DNA of 56,834 nt from Candidatus Poseidoniaceae archaeon (GTDB taxonomy: Archaea; Thermoplasmatota; Poseidoniia; Poseidoniales; Poseidoniaceae). Location: NCBI GenBank assembly GCA_038125145.1, contig JAYPDK010000003.1:1-56834 (forward strand), read 5' to 3'. Of this stretch, positions 52,801 to 56,834 are shown piece after piece (position 1 is the first letter of the stretch; each line of letters opens with the position of its first letter). The translations under genes and the position numbers were made by a program. Under the pieces are notes generated by a model. That model ran no database searches. It worked only from the letters and a program-made list of their open reading frames with translations, and was not told the DNA's origin.

Positions 52801-55800
52801 GACAACGGCTCTGGCCTGCAGAACCGTGACGGGAGCCTCCTGCCCGCCAACGTGCTCTTCGCCATCGACGGTGTGCCCACCGGCTTCACCGTGACCGGAG
52901 GCGCCATCGGCGCTGACGGGACGTGGAACGCGAGCATCACCTTGGCTCAGGCCTTCGAGCGCGGCAACCACACGCTGAGCGCCACGTACGTGCCGGGCGT
53001 CAACTGGTACGTCGGCTCCAACGACAGCGGGCAGTTTGACAGCCGCGGAACGACGACGCTGCTCTTCCTGAAGCCGACCCTTGACGGGCTCGGAGCCCCT
53101 TCGCTCAACGACCGCACCGAGCGTGGTGAGAACCTCACCGTGCGCGTTCGCCTCAACGACAACACCGGCGCCCCTGTCGTCGGTGCGGAGGTCATCGTCA
53201 CCCTCGCACCGCTCGACGGAAGCCTCCTCAACCCGCCGGTGTCGTTGACCCTGACCACGGACGCCGAAGGATTGGCCGAGGCAGAGATGACCGTCCCCGC
53301 CAACCTGAGCGTTGGTGAGGTCGGCCTCAACGCGAGTTACGCCGGCCTGGCCGGGACCACGGGCCTCGTCGGCGACGATGCCGTGACGCGGTTCGTCGTC
53401 CTTGGTGCGACCGAGATCGCCATCACCGAGGCGCCTGAAACGCTCGTGGCTGGGGACGCCTTCGTCGTGCGTGGCACCTTGCTCGACGACTTCGGCCTCC
53501 CCCTCCTCGAGAACGGGGTTCCGACCTTGGGCATCGTGCACCTGCTCGTGGACGGTATCCCCGTCTCCAGCGTGGAAACGAACGCCACCACGGGTGCTTT
53601 CACCCTTGGATGGACCCTGCCGCAGGACACGGACCCGGGTGCGCACGTCATCGCGGTGCAGTTCAAGGGCGGCCGCGACTGGGTGGATCCGATTGGTGTG
53701 GGTGACCCCGCCAACCCCGACTATTACCTGCCCAGCCAGACAGAGGTCGACTTCAACGTCAGCATGCCGACCAAGGTCGTCCTGACGCGCGGCAGCGGTG
53801 ACGTGGACCGTGAAGCAACGATGACCGTGACCGGCCGCCTGCTTTCGCAGGTGGACGACCCGCTGCCCGGCCTCTCCCTTGAGGTCTGGTTCGATGGCGT
53901 CTACATCACGGACGTGACCACCGACGCCAACGGCACCTTCACCGCTGTGCACTTCGTTCCATCAACCCAGCCGCTTGGCCCGACGGGCCTTGAGGTCCGC
54001 TTCACGGGCACGTCCCTCTACCTCCCGAGCAACGCGACCGGTTCGTGGAACGTCTACGCTCAGATCCTCGTGAACGTGACGCTCCCCGACATTGTCGCTG
54101 TCGGCGATGCAGTGCAGATCACCGGCTTCGTTCAGGACAACACCCTGACCGGCCTTCCGGGTCACGTGCTCGTCCTCAGCGTGGACGGCGTGGAGATCGC
54201 CGGCCTGGTCACGGACGAGAACGGCGACTTCAGCACCACGTGGATTGTTCCCGACATCTTCGCGTTCGGCGACCAGACGATGATCGCCACGGTCGATGCT
54301 CAGGGATGGTACCGCTCCGGTGAAGGCAACGCGACCTTCTACCTCTCCCACCGCAGCGCCGTCACCATCGGTTTCGATGCCGGCGCTGAGGCCACCCGCG
54401 GCGACCTGTGGCGCTTGTCCGGTCGGCTCTACGACGTGGACGATGCGGCACAGGCCGGCCTCGGTGGCCGTACGCTCGAGGTCCTGCTCGACGGGCAGGT
54501 CGTGGCCACGGCCATCACCCTCCCCGACGGCTCGTGGGTGGCGACCGTTCCGGTCGGCATGGACATGGCCCGAGGCGAGCACGACCTTGAGGTGCGCTTC
54601 GAAGGTGAACTGGCCCATCGCGCGGCCAGCGCCTCGACGACCGGCGTGGTCTGGTCTGAGGTGCGGATCACCATCGACGCCGTCACCGACCGCACCGCCG
54701 TTCGCTCCGACCCGCTGCGCACGCTGACCCTGACCGGCAGCGTGAGCGAAATCGGCGGTGAGGGGGCGGTCTTCGAGGACCTCGATCTCCGGCTCGGCAA
54801 CGTCAGCGCCTGCGATCAGGCCGGTTCTGGTGGCGTCTGTTACACGGTGGACTCGGTCCTGTGGAACGACGGCAACTGGTCGATGACCCTCACCGTGCCC
54901 TCGTGGAACCCGCTGGGCGTCCAGGCCTTCCACGTGAGTTCGGCGCGCAACGTCACGCACCACATCAACGCGGGTACGGCGGTGACCTTCGCTCGTGTTC
55001 AGGTGGACGCGACCATCGTTGTCTCGCAAGACGGCATCGTTGAAGGCGAACAGGACGTCTACCGTGGTACGATTTCGGTCACCGCCGACGACACGGGCGC
55101 CGGCATCAGCGACGTGGCCTTCTCCCTCTACCTCGAGGACGCGAACGGCACGAAGCTGCTGCAGGACGGAAGCACGAGCGCGCTGCTGCGCCTCGTGGTG
55201 GCCACCGACAGCACGGGCAAGGCGGACTACGAATTCCGGCATGACCCGGCCTACGGCGACACGGACGTGTTCGGCCAACTCACGATGCTCGTCATCGTGG
55301 ACGGTGGAACGGAGCGCCTGACCGAGGCTTCCCTTGATCGCTTCCGCACCGAGGCCGCGAGCGGTTTCACGCCCGAGTACACCTACATCGATGAGGCGTC
55401 CACGCGGGCCAAAACCCTCGTGAGCGTCGGCGCCCTGCTGCTCTTGGCGCTCGCGGCGACCGCTGTGGTCCTGCGCCGTCGGCAACAGGCCTCGATTGCG
55501 GCCGAGGCGGCCGAGGTCTTCGCCTACACCGCGGAACTGCTCGCCGCCGGCGACAGCGTCCGCGAAGCCATCTTCCAGTGCTACACCGACCTCTGTGGCG
55601 TGCTGCAGAAGCGTGAGTTCCTGCGCCGTGACTTCGAGACCGTTCGTGAGTACGAGGCGGCCATCCGTCAAGCCTTGCCGGGCGTCAGCGAAGAAGCGCT
55701 GGTCGCGCTCGACAACGTGTTTGAGCAGGCACGGTACGGTCGGGAAGAGATGGGCGAGGGCCATGCTCAAGCCGCGAAGGGCGCCGTTGAACGGATGTCC

Positions 55801-55845
55801 ACGGAAATCACGACCATCCAGAAGATCGTCCCGCGCGGTCTGTGA
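46885..55845 (+). CDS. Giant (2,986 aa) cell-surface protein: signal peptide, TSP3-like Ca-binding repeats, transglutaminase-like core, tandem beta-sandwich repeats, TM, cytoplasmic DUF4129-like tail
   Basis: Uninterrupted 8,961-nt ORF. Many DxDxDGxxDxxE units. GTCEEF...LAGLPTRMVSGY...WAEV...GWIPFDA core. TM TLVSVGALLLLALAATAVVL. Tail with TVREYE and FEQARYG. Confidence 0.85.
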   Translation: MSQTSVRTSPAVRRGLAGAGQKRRAFSLVLLMLASTFAGIEFVSFDAMAATDADGDGLTYGLEYLINTSPNDPDSDNDGLPDGWEWMHGLDPLSSSFADGAVGDPDGDGMSNLQEYTYLMPTNWDSTSTPSVLDNGVWWNGTVPTNDWSEEHAMQFSPPACGASGSDGTGSVILCDEDPAGNICTDGFDNDKDGAVDGADSDNDGDADCTSNDDDGDGVADEDRRGYDTDGDGMPDGWEVSYGLNATSASNNDGAWGDPDGDGLANIYEYINPSWTTNCGASPCFRPEPGQATETITPCDPVSGIGPGGCASLTAEVDGITSTSPTAADTDGDGLNDSYEAFTLLTDPTASDTDGDGLSDGVEVNAQYGDPAQASDPRDNNTDDDAFDDGDEDANGNGLVDVGETDPTRREDAGDQDNDGIQNWEENLSCTMWDVYDTDFGGIGDGDERNISHGTDPCDSMVDYVTTIVGWAAGSSRLTVTNGSGFNPNGGTGFYNSSGTLVSFAYAAVVNDVLQGVSLAPPGGVTDVLNRNGSYCHTSATVDGTIGTTRTYCDDDYTDSDRDGLADWEELLGVYGWFSNPSLADTDGDGVDDYGEVRVDGTDPLDPCRNLLDPDGDGLNNYFENSTGCTLDSIGVMNGSSDVWVTSWDVYDTDSGGVGDLQEYFDGTNPENDPSDDLLPDDFDGDGIPDAVENITGTDWRNPDTDGGGVSDGVECPPNFWALGCVGSPTNPFDPSDDFPQSQVIFWANNTSGTVDLDQVHRWREVTKDFPTGTTYAHLAAVHPANELFANIENFSGMADASFANDTVTWNMVYNLGLVDGAAVPLPASTVNHSFWTDASAELSRTNDTFNVAVTAGVLETLIALQPEYWFDWVTLASTTIANQSDVYALAVDPRMENASHPWSVVMNITNGVVSDSGATDAWSIADAIATFLLEGNASTEFKRNYNGSGVPGDQDVAVHMLEVAREGTCEEFTTTFVTMSRLAGLPTRMVSGYLGGSWTGNGYAITSNQRTVWAEVHLQQDAANGNTDLGWIPFDACPDPEELEIVNQSLTPLTWDRDGSTWFNLTGQVRYLENSTPIPDQPVIAYLVPFAEAGDVPGIAASPDRQIASSITDQNGNFVMNGSPSMAVPPGFGAVVIQHAQQGYVANGGITMDATVNVTDDSILSHLAPTPLNAPIVGAGATTEISGALEPEQMPTTIFEDLSGLEVWLAFTSSVDGSVNLTTPVNPDGSWSFDLTLDELEAKTNISATLGFSGWTDTSLPITPSGPHLRPTSTNLVLDVRDAPNLTATLEGPGLNSSVLDLGDDVWINGTVQSFGATPTAMNGSLIFALRELDTGNGWVEVFNVTVNGSFAVQHTLDPMLVPLAAGGVEPRLRFVPSTLPTTDIENFTAGAPYRLRGIYNFTMMSESQLRGEATNVLIEAQDHRGATVGLTMGGTFDVVFNGSVVASLVDPASNQLTPSWNLDPNLFAGDYPFAIDFQGSEDYVPSTWNSTMRVKAEISWNLTLLDEWVHLGNGTVVYGNISDAVHGTRVVDNASALTVLLLTTNGPVDLAVGMLNTTTGDFSLNITAPTVFAGGVYEIELLADFGAMAPAGGVYYEFVDPAGPTGPPSGIRTNWGIESEVVVMPQQPEIVALINDTVDLRAHITDVADGSDLAGSTVEWVLDYGGANTSLGSSQTLADGNATVQWTVSGLGPGWYDVTVVVADDITAALQLGNRRHLGNASVVNVTVQTLSIVVLDSVPSTVVADSPFTVMGRVLDADNTTRALNGRVKLDAYWEDVPDELLITGAQTAANGSFSLTLRSDVLNDGTTRGNRTLVVEVIPDSSPFYLTDNSTADILVMGTTRFEEMQPRNAIIVNRGNSVDLTARLVESSDMFTPLGARDVAIKVHETWSQTVVTDGEGYANASHLFGPDHPLGIITVQFHYNGSFDLVGTQGNLTTITVRSLTVLVVDPIATNPAAGEAFTVTGSVVSDNGSGLQNRDGSLLPANVLFAIDGVPTGFTVTGGAIGADGTWNASITLAQAFERGNHTLSATYVPGVNWYVGSNDSGQFDSRGTTTLLFLKPTLDGLGAPSLNDRTERGENLTVRVRLNDNTGAPVVGAEVIVTLAPLDGSLLNPPVSLTLTTDAEGLAEAEMTVPANLSVGEVGLNASYAGLAGTTGLVGDDAVTRFVVLGATEIAITEAPETLVAGDAFVVRGTLLDDFGLPLLENGVPTLGIVHLLVDGIPVSSVETNATTGAFTLGWTLPQDTDPGAHVIAVQFKGGRDWVDPIGVGDPANPDYYLPSQTEVDFNVSMPTKVVLTRGSGDVDREATMTVTGRLLSQVDDPLPGLSLEVWFDGVYITDVTTDANGTFTAVHFVPSTQPLGPTGLEVRFTGTSLYLPSNATGSWNVYAQILVNVTLPDIVAVGDAVQITGFVQDNTLTGLPGHVLVLSVDGVEIAGLVTDENGDFSTTWIVPDIFAFGDQTMIATVDAQGWYRSGEGNATFYLSHRSAVTIGFDAGAEATRGDLWRLSGRLYDVDDAAQAGLGGRTLEVLLDGQVVATAITLPDGSWVATVPVGMDMARGEHDLEVRFEGELAHRAASASTTGVVWSEVRITIDAVTDRTAVRSDPLRTLTLTGSVSEIGGEGAVFEDLDLRLGNVSACDQAGSGGVCYTVDSVLWNDGNWSMTLTVPSWNPLGVQAFHVSSARNVTHHINAGTAVTFARVQVDATIVVSQDGIVEGEQDVYRGTISVTADDTGAGISDVAFSLYLEDANGTKLLQDGSTSALLRLVVATDSTGKADYEFRHDPAYGDTDVFGQLTMLVIVDGGTERLTEASLDRFRTEAASGFTPEYTYIDEASTRAKTLVSVGALLLLALAATAVVLRRRQQASIAAEAAEVFAYTAELLAAGDSVREAIFQCYTDLCGVLQKREFLRRDFETVREYEAAIRQALPGVSEEALVALDNVFEQARYGREEMGEGHAQAAKGAVERMSTEITTIQKIVPRGL
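47038..49030 (+). repeat. Degenerate coding repeats: thrombospondin type-3-like Asp-rich calcium-binding units
   Basis: More than 20 copies of D-x-D-[GN]-D-G-x-x-D-x-x-E/D (e.g. DADGDGLTYGLE, DSDNDGLPDGWE, DPDGDGMSNLQE, DTDGDGLSDGVE) between aa ~52 and ~715. Confidence 0.75.
50060..55370 (+). repeat. Tandem ~90-100-aa beta-sandwich (Ig/CarboxypepD_reg-like) protein repeats; boundaries approximate
   Basis: Recurrent pattern [FV]xVxGxVxD..G.P..G..V.v..DG......T...G.F...W.VP.....G.H.i.a.f.G...Y..S, seen at least ten times. Confidence 0.55.
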
Positions 55846-55903
55846 GCCGCGTGCTGTCGTGGCTCGTGGTTGGCCGTGGGCCGGTGGCCGCTGGACCAGC
55901 GGT

Positions 55904-56356
55904 TCACCAGCGGACGACGAGGTGGCCGTCAACGAAGGTGTGGCGAACGGCGTCCGCCTGAGCGTTCAAGGGGAGGCTGCGCTCCAGTGCAGGAGCGTTG
56001 TCCTGCTCGATGCGGAGGTTCAGGACGCTGCCGTGCTCGGCCTCGACCACCTCGGCGTGCACTTCCTCGGGCAGCACCCCGGCCATTGGCAAGGTCAGGC
56101 CGTCCACGTCCATTCGGCCGTGCAGTTCCTCCATGACCCACGCCAGCCGGCGCTCAGGCTCGACCGAGGCGAGGTGCGTCTCCGGCAGCATGCCTGCGGT
56201 GACGAGGTGATGGAGGTGGGCGGTGCGCACCTCATTGAGGTGGGTGGCCGTCTCGGCCATCGCCATGTGGAGCGCTTCCGGGGCGGCATCGAGGGGCATG
56301 GGCTCGCCCTGCTCCACCTCGTCGCTCATGCTCACCTGCTCCGCTCGACCCTTCAT
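55904..56356 (-). CDS. Hypothetical protein (150 aa), translationally coupled to the upstream helicase gene
   Basis: The ATG at 56356 shares one nucleotide with the helicase TGA (TGATG). His/Glu-rich; no family recognised. ATG 56329 is an alternative start. Confidence 0.45.
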   Translation of the reverse strand: MKGRAEQVSMSDEVEQGEPMPLDAAPEALHMAMAETATHLNEVRTAHLHHLVTAGMLPETHLASVEPERRLAWVMEELHGRMDVDGLTLPMAGVLPEEVHAEVVEAEHGSVLNLRIEQDNAPALERSLPLNAQADAVRHTFVDGHLVVRW

Positions 56357-56834
56357 CAAGGTGTGGGGGGGCGGGAAACGCTCCGGTAGAAGCGCTCGGC
56401 GAGGCGACGAAGCCCCTGCGGGTCGCTCGTCGGCAGCATGCGCAGGTCCTCCGGGAAGCAGGTGCGGTACGCGACCTCTTCGCACCGCTTCTCCAACAAG
56501 AGAACCACGGCGCGGTCGTCGATGCCTCGAATGGGGCGCCCCATGGCTTGCAGCACGCGGTTCACCGCGGGCTGGGTCATCGTGTACCTCCACGCCTTGT
56601 TCTTGCCGAAGCGTTCGGAGACCCAGGTCTTGAGCCCGTCTTGGACAACACCCGGCGGAGCGATGGGCAGGCCGATGCAGGCGACGGCGTCGAGCAGGCC
56701 TCCGCGGTAATCGACGCCCTCCGCAAGGCGGGCGCCAAAGGTGCCGGCGAGCAGCACCTTGCGCCCGGCGTCGCGCTCTCGCTCGAGGATGCCAAGCACC
56801 TCGTCCGACCGTGCTTTGTCCCAGTCCGAGGCTT
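56356..56834 (-). CDS. XPD/Rad3/DinG-type helicase, C-terminal fragment (gene continues beyond the window edge)
   Basis: Helicase_C_2-type motifs: LLAGTFGARLAEGVDYRG..L..V...GLP and QAMGRPIRG..D..VVLLLEKR. The frame is open to nt 56834. Confidence 0.7.
   Translation of the reverse strand, partial: ASDWDKARSDEVLGILERERDAGRKVLLAGTFGARLAEGVDYRGGLLDAVACIGLPIAPPGVVQDGLKTWVSERFGKNKAWRYTMTQPAVNRVLQAMGRPIRGIDDRAVVLLLEKRCEEVAYRTCFPEDLRMLPTSDPQGLRRLAERFYRSVSRPPTP

Noticed and set aside
49066-55932. Very long ORFs antisense to the giant gene: 49066-50385 (439 aa), 51019-53952 (977 aa) and 53962-55932 (656 aa).
   Set aside because: Their translations are Arg/Gly/Val/His/Asp-rich with no recognisable motifs. 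They lie entirely opposite a strongly supported CDS. Stop-poor antisense frames are expected in GC-rich DNA with GC-rich third positions.
1-56834. Mobile elements, prophage, defence islands and rRNA.
   Set aside because: No transposase, integrase, recombinase, restriction/modification, toxin-antitoxin or Cas-like motifs appeared in any translated frame I read, and there are no terminal inverted repeats flanking the accessory region. The tRNA-Leu at 42.3 kb precedes the surface-protein region, but I saw no duplicated tRNA 3' fragment (att-like repeat) downstream.

Overview
A GC-rich (roughly 60% or more by eye), very gene-dense 56.8 kb chromosomal segment from an archaeon. Archaeal markers are aIF2-beta, aRF1, aTrm56, class I LysRS, archaeal-type UMP kinase, a NOG1-family GTPase and a PyrE-like/GfcR-type HTH-PRTase. 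Gene content and the giant Asp-rich surface protein suggest a planktonic heterotrophic euryarchaeote of the Marine Group II/III type, but that is only an inference.

About three quarters of the window is housekeeping:
- Central metabolism: NAD kinase, thiolase, carAB, UbiX.
- Translation: LysRS, ArgRS, aIF2-beta, aRF1, one tRNA-Leu(UAA).
- Nucleotide metabolism: UMP kinase and dUTPase next to a eukaryote-like class Ia ribonucleotide reductase.
- Folate/pterin: folP and folB.
- Lipoate: lipB, plus a lipA + 2-oxoacid dehydrogenase (E1a/E1b/E2/E3) operon.

The accessory-looking part is 43.9-55.8 kb. It holds two co-directional, C-terminally membrane-anchored surface proteins. One is 978 aa. The other is a 2,986-aa giant combining thrombospondin-type-3-like Ca-binding repeats, a transglutaminase-like core with a non-canonical His position, a long run of beta-sandwich repeats, about 75 N-glycosylation sequons, and a cytoplasmic DUF4129-like tail.

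Other notable items:
- A pterin-4a-carbinolamine dehydratase::[2Fe-2S] ferredoxin fusion.
- A SAP/HeH-TM-M28 peptidase.
- A FolM/PTR1-signature SDR.
- A recurrent TT[C/G]A[T/A][G/A]A box about 29-31 nt upstream of many start codons, suggesting leaderless mRNAs.

I saw no CRISPR array, transposase, integrase, rRNA or obvious prophage or defence genes. All calls come from reading motifs in the supplied translations and DNA; nothing was searched against a database. The ORF track translates GTG/TTG starts as M, so several starts were re-picked and remain uncertain.
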